Under the pieces are notes generated by a model. The model was given only the letters and a program-made list of their open reading frames with translations, did no database searches and was not told the origin of the DNA. Positions 18,697 through 27,470 of a DNA stretch of 39,885 nt are shown here, piece by piece. The stretch spans positions 1-39,885 of the forward strand of contig CAZTHW010000001.1 in the NCBI GenBank assembly GCA_964613595.1, read 5' to 3'. The stretch's first letter is position 1. The number at the start of each line of letters is the position of its first letter. This DNA is from an uncultured Desulfobacteraceae bacterium. Its GTDB lineage: Bacteria; Desulfobacterota; Desulfobacteria; Desulfobacterales; Desulfosalsimonadaceae. Made by a program: the position numbers and the translations under genes.

Positions 18697-20190
18697 ATGA
18701 AATTTCGGCAATCACCTAAATCTATCGCTGTGGCGGCGCTTTTTCTGCTCTTTTTCCTTGCAGCCGGGGCCCGGGGCCACGAAGGGCACATGCCGATCAT
18801 CGTGGACACAGACGGGGCTGTCGACGATATCCGGGCCATTGCCCAAATGCTGGATGCCGGGGCGGATATCCGGCTGATCGTAACTTCAGACGGAGTGTTG
18901 TCCCCGGAAAACGGGCTGGAAGCCGTCAAACGAACCCTTGCCTATTTCGGCCGCACCGATATCCCGGTGGCTGCCGGCAGCAGCCTGGACGCACCGCCCC
19001 CGGAGTGGCGCACGTGGAATTCCGAGATGAACTGGCCGGCGGCGGCACAGCTTTACCCGTCCGATGAACCGGAACCGGCCGGTGCAAAAGCCGCAATTGT
19101 CAAACGCATCAAGAACCTTTCGGAAAGCGGCCAGCAGGCGCTTTACCTGTGCCTGGGCCCGATGACCAACCTGGCCGCAGCGCTCCGGGACGCCCCGCAA
19201 ATCAAAAAGGGGATTGCGCGGGTGATCTACCTGGGAAGCGCCCCGGCATCAGAGACCACCGGATGGAACACCAAGAGGGATCCATCAAGTGCCGGAAAGG
19301 TGTTTAATTCCGGCCTGCCCGTATATGCCATGGGTCTTGCAGGCAGCCGATTCCCGGTTTTCGACGAATCCTTATATGAACGCATCAGCCGCATGCAAAG
19401 CGACTCGGCCCGCCTGATCACATCCATCCACAAAAGCGGGAAACTTCAGGAAAAACTGGCTGAAAATCACCTCCGGATCTGGGATGAACTGGCTGTGCTG
19501 TATCTTTATCATCCCGGAATGTTCGAATTTACCGACAGCCGGCACGGCGACGAGGTGATGCGCCTGGCTGATTACGATTCAAACCGGGTGCGAAAAAACT
19601 ACCTGGCAATACTCGAAAACGCCGGAATGCCGCCCCGCCGCAGCGTGACCCTGAAATCATTTCCAACCGATCCGGCGCTGTTCAAAAAAGACCTGGCGCC
19701 CCATGTGCCGGAAATCATCGAAGCCCACGGCCTGGAGGAATGGAAGGCCTGCCTGCTCACCAATGAACTGCACCGGCATCTCGGGGGCTATTCCCTGGTG
19801 GGCGCCAAGATGGGCGTGCGGGCCAGGGAAATTCTGAAGGCGCCGTTTGACACCCTGGAAGTCGTGTCCTTTGCCGGATCGTCTCCGCCTTTGAGCTGTA
19901 TGAACGACGGCCTCCAGACATCCACTGACGCCAGCCTGGGCAGAGGCACGATCCGGGTGGCAGAAACCCACGAGGAACCCGCCGCCATGTTTGTGCACCA
20001 CGGCCGGGCGCTGCATTTGACCCTGAAACCAAGGTATGTCAGGCAAATCAAAACAGACATCCAGGCCGCACTGAAGCGCTTCGGCGGGCTGACCCCGGAA
20101 TATTTCGCCCGGATTCGCGAGCTCTCCATTGCGTACTGGCAGGATTTTGACAGAACCCGGATATTTGAAGAAAAGCTGAAAACAAATTAA
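18697..20190 (+). CDS. Exported fusion: inosine/uridine nucleoside-hydrolase-like domain + FmdE-like domain
   Basis: Signal peptide; IIVDTDGAVDD (DxDxxxDD), LGPMTNLA, WN...DP, WDELA; C-terminal ELHRHLGGYSLVGAKMG and SCMNDGLQTSTDASLG resemble FmdE HGHxC / CxxDGxQ motifs. Confidence 0.75.
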   Translation: MKFRQSPKSIAVAALFLLFFLAAGARGHEGHMPIIVDTDGAVDDIRAIAQMLDAGADIRLIVTSDGVLSPENGLEAVKRTLAYFGRTDIPVAAGSSLDAPPPEWRTWNSEMNWPAAAQLYPSDEPEPAGAKAAIVKRIKNLSESGQQALYLCLGPMTNLAAALRDAPQIKKGIARVIYLGSAPASETTGWNTKRDPSSAGKVFNSGLPVYAMGLAGSRFPVFDESLYERISRMQSDSARLITSIHKSGKLQEKLAENHLRIWDELAVLYLYHPGMFEFTDSRHGDEVMRLADYDSNRVRKNYLAILENAGMPPRRSVTLKSFPTDPALFKKDLAPHVPEIIEAHGLEEWKACLLTNELHRHLGGYSLVGAKMGVRAREILKAPFDTLEVVSFAGSSPPLSCMNDGLQTSTDASLGRGTIRVAETHEEPAAMFVHHGRALHLTLKPRYVRQIKTDIQAALKRFGGLTPEYFARIRELSIAYWQDFDRTRIFEEKLKTN

Positions 20191-20218
20191 GCCGGGCACT
20201 GCCCATCGCCTGCCCGCA

Positions 20219-20258
20219 CAAAAAAGGCCCGTATCCGCCATGTGCGGATACGGGCCTG
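20219..20258. terminator. Terminator hairpin after the NH-FmdE gene
   Basis: AGGCCCGTATCCGC-catgt-GCGGATACGGGCCT 14-bp perfect stem with an A-run on the left and T-rich sequence on the right. Confidence 0.75.
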
Positions 20259-20261
20259 GAT

Positions 20262-20280
20262 TGTTTTGGCTCCCCAGCGC
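20262..20280. repeat. att-like direct repeat of the tRNA-Asn 3' end
   Basis: TGTTTTGGCTCCCCAGCGC identical to 23102-23120. Confidence 0.85.
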
Positions 20281-20388
20281 ACCATCGAATTGATGGGGCA
20301 ACCAATTAATATTATAAGTTTTTATGTTTTCTGTTTTTGAGAATACCACCAAAAATACCAGCAGAAAATTTTGCTGGAAGGCGGGCGC

Positions 20389-20622
20389 TTATTTGCATTT
20401 CTCCAGATACTCAAAAAACTCTTTCCGGCTCATCCCCGCTGTTCGCATATTCGACCTGATTATGTCAACATCAACTTCCGCATATTTTGGAATTATCACC
20501 GGTCTTAAGCATCCACTTTTCGAATAGCTCAAGTGATCACCTCTGGTCCGCTCATATTTAAATCCGGCTAACCGAAATATACATTCGAGGATCTTCCAAT
20601 GAAGGGGAGTTATGCGTGGCAA
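20389..20622 (-). CDS. hicA: HicA-family toxin
   Basis: GFKYERTRGDHLSYSKSGCLRPVIIP...IIRSNMRTAGMSRKEF; overlaps the hicB stop. Confidence 0.85.
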   Translation of the reverse strand: MPRITPLHWKILECIFRLAGFKYERTRGDHLSYSKSGCLRPVIIPKYAEVDVDIIRSNMRTAGMSRKEFFEYLEKCK

Positions 20623-20921
20623 TGCCTTGGCTGCTTTTGCTCTGACAACAGGTTGAGGGGGATATCGATATAATCTTTATAATCGCGAATCTTCTGCCTC
20701 TTTGCGGGCCGAAATCCGGATTCTCTTAGGAGTTCATCAAGCGTGCCGCGCTCATAGCAGGAAGTTAAGAACAGATACAAGGCGTCGGCCAAATTCTCCC
20801 GAGCCTTGCTCTCGGTCTTACCCTGACTGAAAACATCGAGAATGGGGCAACACGCAATAAACCACTTGTCCTTTTTTTTAACCGAAACGGGCAGTTTAAC
20901 GGTCATTTCTATGTGTGTCAT
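20610..20921 (-). CDS. hicB: HicB-family antitoxin
   Basis: WFIACCPILDVFSQGKTESKARENLADALYLFL signature. Confidence 0.82.
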   Translation of the reverse strand: MTHIEMTVKLPVSVKKKDKWFIACCPILDVFSQGKTESKARENLADALYLFLTSCYERGTLDELLRESGFRPAKRQKIRDYKDYIDIPLNLLSEQKQPRHCHA

Positions 20922-20959
20922 TCTATCACCTATTTATTGGGAGTGTATCCCTTATTGCA

Positions 20960-20989
20960 ATAATAATCGCAATCAAAAGATTCTGTCAA
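20960..20989 (-). promoter_or_regulatory. sigma70 promoter of the islet hicBA
   Basis: TTGACA-18 bp-TATTAT on the minus strand; overlapped by inverted repeat ATTGCAAT-aata-ATCGCAAT. Confidence 0.55.
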
Positions 20990-21081
20990 GGAACTTCGAT
21001 GGGGCGCTTAAGAACATGCCGCGTTTTTATACTCTCATGGCCTTGAAAATACGCCCTCAAGAGACCCCATCCAGAAGTCTG

Positions 21082-21605
21082 TCAGGGGGAGTACCCGCTT
21101 GCTTCAGCTATATTCCATTCAAACGAATCAGCATTGCCCCCATCTACAATAATAATGCTGAAATATCCGGTTGTGAGGGGTTTAATGGTGATTTTTTCCT
21201 GAAACCTCCTCTTCCAACGCTGGGTTCCATCCTTTTCAAGCGCCTTGATGATAACAACAAGCTCTTTAACTGTCCAATCGCTGCCATTGTAGATTCTTCC
21301 GGAAAAAGACCCTTCATTCAAATTGGCTCTTCCAGCAAGTTTTGCCCGTTCCTCATAAGGAAGGGTTTTGTGGTTTCCCACACCGCCTTCACTCGATTCA
21401 CTCTCTGCCTCAACCTTCTTGCTTCCATAAATCATCCAAGTCTTGCCGGTTTTTCTGTCGAGCTCATAGGCAGCCCCTTTCTGGGAACCATTGTGTATCT
21501 GGAGTTTTGAAAATACATATACCAACCGAGTAGACCTGCAATAGATAATATGGCCACCACCACAATCAATGTCTTATTGTTTACCCTCAAGTTTGGCCTC
21601 TCCAT
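21082..21605 (-). pseudogene. Frameshifted membrane-anchored hypothetical protein
   Basis: N-terminal TM segment (LIVVVAILSIAGLLGWYMYF..RYTMV) in one frame appears to continue as GAAYELDRKTGKTW... in the -1 frame near 21474-21490. Confidence 0.55.
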
Positions 21606-21769
21606 CCCCGATTCCAAAAGCCTGGGTTATCTCGCGGCAAATTCGCGATTTTCAGATTAACACAAAAGGAACAAAAAGGCAGGATTTTGATAGAATCGTC
21701 TGTCATTTTCTGTTACAGTCCTTCTCGACACGCTTCCAACTCGCCCCCACCCCAACAAAGGAAAAAGCC

Positions 21770-22408
21770 ATGAAAAGACTCGCCTTTTTTTTAACGTGCT
21801 TCATCTTCGCCCTTTTCTTTGTTTCTTCCACAGGCAGCGCCGCGAATATGTATATGGGCGCAAGAGCAGGCCTGAGCATGCCCGCAGACTCGGAGGTCAC
21901 ATTTGATGATGGATCAGTTTTGGATTTTGAATATGATTCAGGCCTTGCTTTATCGGGCGTATTCGGCATGCAAATAAATGAGAGCCTGCGATTCGAACCG
22001 GAAATCTCGTACCAGGAAAACGACATAGACACTGCCACCATCAAGGTCGGAGGCAGTGGCAGCACAGCTGTTAATGGTGACGCTACAAGCCTTTCCTTTA
22101 TGGCAAACCTTTATTTTGATTTTACCAACAATAGCTCTGTTACACCTTTTGTAGGAGGCGGTCTGGGCCTTGCAAAAGTGGAGGTGAGCAACCTTACATT
22201 TGCCGCCGCGCCGGGCTTCTACCTTGAGGGGGATGATGACACCGTACTTGCTTATCAGTTCAGTACGGGGATAGCCTTTTCGACCAGCGACCTCACCACG
22301 ATAGATCTCATGTATCGCTATTTCACTATAGAAGACGCGGATTTCGAGATTTCCGAAGCGGAATTTGCAAGTCACAATTTCTTCATCGGATTCAGACAGG
22401 CATTTTAA
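21770..22408 (+). CDS. Outer-membrane beta-barrel (OmpA/porin-like) protein
   Basis: Signal peptide, LRFEPEISY, SFMANLYFDF, TPFVGGGLGLA, LAYQFSTG, IDLMYRYF, C-terminal Phe. Confidence 0.85.
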   Translation: MKRLAFFLTCFIFALFFVSSTGSAANMYMGARAGLSMPADSEVTFDDGSVLDFEYDSGLALSGVFGMQINESLRFEPEISYQENDIDTATIKVGGSGSTAVNGDATSLSFMANLYFDFTNNSSVTPFVGGGLGLAKVEVSNLTFAAAPGFYLEGDDDTVLAYQFSTGIAFSTSDLTTIDLMYRYFTIEDADFEISEAEFASHNFFIGFRQAF

Positions 22409-22427
22409 CCCCCAATGCCCGCCAAAC

Positions 22428-22472
22428 AAATCAAGGGGCACGTGAGCGCCTTAGCCCATAAGCCCCTTGATC
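22428..22472. terminator. Hairpin after the beta-barrel gene
   Basis: ATCAAGGGGC...GCCCCTTGAT inverted repeat. Confidence 0.4.
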
Positions 22473-22513
22473 TGAACATTTATTTTCGGTAGGGATTAAG
22501 TAAGCCGACGGCA

Positions 22514-22651
22514 TTAGACCTCTTTGAAACCATTCCCGCCGCCAACGAGTTGGTTTAAATGGTGATATACGGCGCCATTTTTGTATTCAGTTCTCAAATG
22601 ATCATAGCCTACAAGCCCCAAAGTATGATAAATAAAACTTGTCGTTGCCAT
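22514..22651 (-). pseudogene. N-terminal stub of an ISL3-like transposase
   Basis: 45-aa ORF below the track cutoff, MATTSFIYHTLGLVGYDHLRTEYKNGAVYHH..., with a strong AAGGAG RBS; resembles ISL3 N-termini of the MSTSLLYHAFG..GY.Y.RTEY.GG type. Confidence 0.6.
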
Positions 22652-23035
22652 GGCGGTTCTCCTTTTCCTTTGTGGTTTGCGTTTTCAAAAGGAAAATACC
22701 GCTGTGGCAACGATATTTCAATATTCAACATCGCACACCGGTCGGCTGCGGCGGCGCCCCTCCGACGAGCCTCTTTGTGGCGCCCATTCTCGGGCCGCCG
22801 CCGGTCCGACCGATGTGCTTGAGGCTTCGATCAACTATCTGGGAATTTCAGTTTATCCCGGCATCTACAGGCAACGATCCCCGGAGTGGGCAAATTTCCA
22901 CCAAGGCAAACACAGAATACGTGACCCATAACATCAAGAGTATCAGTCAATACTGATCCATTGTAACAATCTAAATTAACAAATATTACTGCCAGATCCC
23001 ACCGGATGCAACTGGATTTTGCTGGACAACAAAAA

Positions 23036-23078
23036 ATAAAAAACCCCGGAAAGCGCCTTGCTCTCCAGGGTTTTTTTA
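23036..23078. terminator. Terminator downstream of tRNA-Asn
   Basis: AAAAACCCCGGA...TCCAGGGTTTTTTT inverted repeat with A/T tails. Confidence 0.65.
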
Positions 23079-23106
23079 TCGTACCGGACGATGCCGGATT
23101 GTGTTT

Positions 23107-23182
23107 TGGCTCCCCAGCGCGGACTCGAACCACGGACGCGGTGGTTAACAGCCACCTGCTCTGCCGACTGAGCTACTGGGGA
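23107..23182 (-). tRNA. tRNA-Asn (GTT)
   Basis: 76 nt TCCCCAGTAGCTCAGTCGGCAGAGCAGGTGGCTGTTAACCACCGCGTCCGTGGTTCGAGTCCGCGCTGGGGAGCCA; cloverleaf, GTT anticodon, encoded CCA. Confidence 0.97.
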
Positions 23183-23240
23183 ACAACAAGGATGATTTTC
23201 TAATATCCCATGTTAAAAATGTCAAGCAAAATTGTCAACG

Positions 23241-25028
23241 TCACTTCGGCCGGGCGATTTTCAGGCCCAGCTCGTCGAGCTGGGTCCGGCTTGCCCCGGC
23301 CGGGGCGTCTGTCATCAGGCAGGCGCCCTTCTGGGTCTTGGGAAAGGCGATCACCTCCCGGATGGACTGGCTGCCGCACAGAATCGTCATCAGCCGGTCA
23401 AAGCCGAATGCAATGCCGCCGTGCGGGGGCGCGCCCGAATCGAGCGCCGAGATCAGAAAACCGAACTTTTCCTCGTATTCCTCGCGATTCATGCCCAGAG
23501 CCTCGAGCACCCGGATCTGCAGGTCCTTTTGGTGGATGCGGATGCTGCCGCCGCCGATTTCCGAGCCGTTTAACACCAGGTCATACGCCCGGGAGCGCAC
23601 GGACAGGGGATCGGTTTCCAGCTTGTCCATATCCGATTCCGCCGGCGCAGTAAAGGGATGATGCAGGGCCTGGTAGCGCTTTTCGGCCGCATCATACTCC
23701 AGCATGGGGAAATCCGTGATCCATACAAAACGATAGACGCTGTCATCGATCATCCCCAGTTTTCTGGCCAGATGAATCCGCAGGTGTCCGAGCGCCTCGT
23801 TGACAACCGCGGACTGATCCGCTCCGAAAAAGACCAGGTCCCCGGGCGCCATGTCCAGACGTTCGGCCATGGCCTTTTTCTCCGCCTCGGTGAAAAACTT
23901 GGTAATCGGGGACTGCCACTCGTTTTCCTTGACCCGGATCCAGGCCAGGCCCTTGGCGCGGTAGACCGAGACGAACTCGGTGAAATCGTCGATCTCCTTG
24001 CGGGTAAAAAAATCCGCACACCCCTTGGCATTAATGGCCTTGACAATGCCTCCCTTTTTGACCGCGCCGGCAAACACGTTAAATCCGGATTCTGCCACGA
24101 TATCGGAAATATCGCAGAGTTCCAGCCCAAAGCGCGTATCCGGCCGATCCAGGCCGTAGCGCGACAGGGCATCGTGGTAGGTCATCCGGTCAAACGGCGT
24201 TTTAACCTCCATTTCCAGCACATTCCGGAAAATCGCCGCGATCAGCCCCTCGGCTACGTACATGACCTCGTCCTCGCCGGCAAACGACATCTCGATATCG
24301 ATCTGGGTAAACTCCGGCTGCCGGTCGGCCCGCAGATCCTCGTCCCGGAAGCAGCGCACGATCTGGTAATAGCGCTCAAAACCGGAAATCATCAAAAGCT
24401 GCTTGAAAAGCTGCGGGGACTGGGGAAGCGCATAAAACGAACCCGGATTCAGGCGGCTGGGCACCAGGTAATCCCGGGCGCCTTCCGGGGTGCTGCGGGT
24501 TAAAAACGGGGTTTCAATGTCCAAAAAACCCTGGTCGTTTAAAAACGTCCGTGCTGCCGCGGCCGCCTTGTGGCGCATCATGAGGTTGCGCTGCAAAACG
24601 GGCCGGCGAAGATCAATATGCCGGTTTTGAAGCCGGGTATTCTCGTTGACCTCGACCTTGTTTTCAATCATAAACGGCGGTGTCCGGGCCTTGTTTAAAA
24701 TCTTTAACTCGGAAACCATGACCTCGATCTCGCCGGTGGCGAGTTCCGGGTTGGTCATGCCCTCGGGGCGCCTTTCCACCACGCCCCGCACACCCAGCAC
24801 ATACTCGCTTCGAATCCCGTGGGCCTTTTGGTGAACATCGGGCTCCCGGTCCGGATTAAAAACCACCTGGGTCATCCCTTCCCGGTCCCGCAGGTCCACG
24901 AATATCACGCCGCCATGGTCCCGGCGCCGCTGCACCCATCCCATGAGCACCACTTCCGATCCAACATCACCGGCGCCCAGCGCATTGCAGTGATGGGTCC
25001 GCCGCATATCTCCCAACGTGTCGGTCAA
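23241..25028 (-). CDS. aspS: Aspartate--tRNA ligase (probably non-discriminating)
   Basis: RTHHC, GWVQRRRDHGGVIFVDLRD, STPEGARDYLVPSR, CFRDEDLRADRQPEFTQID, GAPPHGGIAFGFDR, IAFPKT. Confidence 0.97.
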   Translation of the reverse strand: MTDTLGDMRRTHHCNALGAGDVGSEVVLMGWVQRRRDHGGVIFVDLRDREGMTQVVFNPDREPDVHQKAHGIRSEYVLGVRGVVERRPEGMTNPELATGEIEVMVSELKILNKARTPPFMIENKVEVNENTRLQNRHIDLRRPVLQRNLMMRHKAAAAARTFLNDQGFLDIETPFLTRSTPEGARDYLVPSRLNPGSFYALPQSPQLFKQLLMISGFERYYQIVRCFRDEDLRADRQPEFTQIDIEMSFAGEDEVMYVAEGLIAAIFRNVLEMEVKTPFDRMTYHDALSRYGLDRPDTRFGLELCDISDIVAESGFNVFAGAVKKGGIVKAINAKGCADFFTRKEIDDFTEFVSVYRAKGLAWIRVKENEWQSPITKFFTEAEKKAMAERLDMAPGDLVFFGADQSAVVNEALGHLRIHLARKLGMIDDSVYRFVWITDFPMLEYDAAEKRYQALHHPFTAPAESDMDKLETDPLSVRSRAYDLVLNGSEIGGGSIRIHQKDLQIRVLEALGMNREEYEEKFGFLISALDSGAPPHGGIAFGFDRLMTILCGSQSIREVIAFPKTQKGACLMTDAPAGASRTQLDELGLKIARPK

Positions 25029-25085
25029 CTGTCATACTCCTTGTTTTCGATCAATTCCTTGCATTCCGCCCGATGCCAATACCTG

Positions 25086-26354
25086 TCAAGTCTTGTGCTG
25101 TTTTTCCAGATGCGCTTTTACGGTTTCCACCAGCGCATCCAGGGGCACCCGCACCTGGTCCCGGGTCTTCATGTTGCGCAGGAGCGCCGCACGGTCGGCG
25201 ATTTCCTGGTCTCCGATCATCAGGACGTTTTGCGCGCCCATGCGATCGGCCCGGCGCATCAGCGCCTTCAGGCTGCGGCCGGAAAAGTCGGCCTCGGTTC
25301 TCACCCCCGCATCTGCCAGGTGCGAGGCCAAACGCGCGGTCATTTCCATGGCGGCCTCGCCCATGGGCAGAAAAAACACTTCCGGACCCGGTTCGACGGG
25401 CGGGGATTTCGCCATGACCAGATCCACCAGGCGGTCCAGCCCGACGGCAAAGCCGATGGCAGGCTGACCGGGCCCGCCGAGCATTTCCACAAGGTTGTCA
25501 TATCTGCCGCCGCCGGCAACAGCGTTCTGCGCACCAAGCTCTGCGGTCTGGATTTCAAAGGCCGTGCGCGTATAATAATCCAGACCGCGCACCAGCCGGG
25601 GATCAATTTCATACGGAACCGACATGCCCGCCAGGGCGGACTTTACCGCGTCAAAATGCACCTTGCAGGATTGGCACAGAAAATCAAGCATGGAAGGCGC
25701 TTCAGCGACTACCTCCCTGCAGCCGGGAGCTTTGCAGTCCAGCACGCGCAGGGGGTTTTTCTCCAGCCGCCGGATACAGTCCGCGCACAGTTTATCGGAC
25801 TGCTCCGAAAGCATGCGTGAGAGGCGTTCCTTAAAAGCCGGCCGGCACTGCGGACATCCCAGGGAATTTAAGTGCACCTGCAGCCCGGAAACCGACAGCC
25901 TGGCAAAAAAGGTCATGAGCATGAAAATGAGCTGGGCGTCCAGATAAGGGGCTTCCACCCCGAAGACTTCCGCGTTGATCTGCTGGAACTGCCTGTAGCG
26001 TCCCTTCTGGGGGCGCTCCTTGCGAAACATGGGGCCGATGGTATAAAATTTGGCCACCGGATCGGCGGCATACAGCTTGTGCTGAATATAGGCCCGGACC
26101 ACGGAGGCGGTCGCCTCGGGCCGCAGGGTCAAAAGGGTGTCCCGGCTGCCTGCAAACGTATACATTTCTTTTTCAACGATATCGGTATGCTCGCCGATAC
26201 TGCGCTGGAAAAGGGCGGCCTGCTCGAGCACCGGCGGCCGCATTTCCCTGAATCCGAAATTCTCGAAATGCGTTTTTGCCGTGTTCTCAATATATTGCCA
26301 CACGGATGTTTCCGGCGGCAGAATGTCTTTAAAACCCCTGACAAGCTGTATCAT
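25086..26354 (-). CDS. hisS: Histidine--tRNA ligase
   Basis: RGFKDILP, DIVEKEMY, LRPEATA, FRKERPQKGRYRQF, LVRGLDYY, GGGRYD. Confidence 0.97.
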   Translation of the reverse strand: MIQLVRGFKDILPPETSVWQYIENTAKTHFENFGFREMRPPVLEQAALFQRSIGEHTDIVEKEMYTFAGSRDTLLTLRPEATASVVRAYIQHKLYAADPVAKFYTIGPMFRKERPQKGRYRQFQQINAEVFGVEAPYLDAQLIFMLMTFFARLSVSGLQVHLNSLGCPQCRPAFKERLSRMLSEQSDKLCADCIRRLEKNPLRVLDCKAPGCREVVAEAPSMLDFLCQSCKVHFDAVKSALAGMSVPYEIDPRLVRGLDYYTRTAFEIQTAELGAQNAVAGGGRYDNLVEMLGGPGQPAIGFAVGLDRLVDLVMAKSPPVEPGPEVFFLPMGEAAMEMTARLASHLADAGVRTEADFSGRSLKALMRRADRMGAQNVLMIGDQEIADRAALLRNMKTRDQVRVPLDALVETVKAHLEKQHKT

Positions 26355-26652
26355 GATTCGCCGTTGTTTGATAAATTCGACAAAAAGTCACACGCAGGTT
26401 CCGGTTTGCAATAACCTGCCATGATTATTATGATAAATTCATATTCGGGCCTGAAAACAGGCTTATTTTGACGGCTTGCGTATAATCTTATATATATATG
26501 GAAACTCGGCCGAAATTGTCAATACATATGTTCATCTTGACATTCCGCATGCAGGGTATATAAAAAGTAATTGTAAATATAAAATGTTATAAACGATCTG
26601 CAGCATCATCGGCATGTGTCCAACCCGGGACGCCAAAACAAGGAGAAATCCC

Positions 26653-27441
26653 ATGGCCAGTTCAGTGACGGTAAGAACTTTGATGGAGATGAAAAAGCAG
26701 GGCAGGAAAATCGCCGCCTTGACCGCGTATGACTTTCCCTTTGCCCAGATGGCTGATGAAGCCGGCATCCACGTTTTGCTGGTAGGCGATTCTCTGGGCA
26801 TGGTGGTACAGGGGGAGGCCACCACGCTCGGCGTAACAATGGACGAGATGATCTACCATACGCGCATGGTTGCCAGAGGGGCAAAGACTGCCCTCGTCAT
26901 CGGGGACATGCCGTTTATGTCCTACCAGGTCTCTCTGTCCGAGGCACTGACCAATGCCGGGCGCTTTTTAAAGGAATCCAATGCGGCCGCGGTCAAACTC
27001 GAGGGCGGTGCCGCAGTGGCGGATAAAATCCATGCCATGACCGAAGTGGGCATTCCGGTGCTCGCCCATATCGGACTGACTCCGCAATCTGTGCACCAGT
27101 TCGGCGGTTTCCGTGTTCAGCGGGATCACGACCGGCTCATGGAAGACGCCAGGCAGGTGGAGTCCGCGGGCGCTTTCGCCGTGGTGCTCGAGGGCATACC
27201 CGCGGATATCTCCGAGGACATCACGCAGAACCTGACCATCCCCACCATCGGCATCGGGGCCGGACTGCCCTGCGACGGCCAGATCCTGGTATGCCACGAC
27301 ATGCTGGGCATCAGCAGCGGCCACGTGCCGAAATTCGTCAAACAATACGCCCAACTCAGGGAAAACGCCACTGCAGGCCTGCGCAGCTATCTCGATGAAG
27401 TGCAAAATGGTACTTTCCCCGACAAAAGCCGCTCCTACTAA
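26653..27441 (+). CDS. panB: 3-methyl-2-oxobutanoate hydroxymethyltransferase
   Basis: [59 protein letters not shown] before ATG 26653. Confidence 0.96.
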   Translation: MASSVTVRTLMEMKKQGRKIAALTAYDFPFAQMADEAGIHVLLVGDSLGMVVQGEATTLGVTMDEMIYHTRMVARGAKTALVIGDMPFMSYQVSLSEALTNAGRFLKESNAAAVKLEGGAAVADKIHAMTEVGIPVLAHIGLTPQSVHQFGGFRVQRDHDRLMEDARQVESAGAFAVVLEGIPADISEDITQNLTIPTIGIGAGLPCDGQILVCHDMLGISSGHVPKFVKQYAQLRENATAGLRSYLDEVQNGTFPDKSRSY

Positions 27442-27470
27442 AACAACGGCACCGGCGCAAGCGCAGATAC

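Larger units (their letters stand above)
20262..23120. mobile_element. tRNA-Asn-anchored genomic islet (integrase-less remnant)
   Basis: 19-bp direct repeats at both ends, visibly AT-richer interior, cargo of TA module, frameshifted gene and IS stub. Confidence 0.75.

Noticed and set aside
20842..21510. 222-aa plus-strand ORF inside the islet
   Set aside because: Antisense to hicB and to the frameshifted membrane-protein gene; no motifs or RBS
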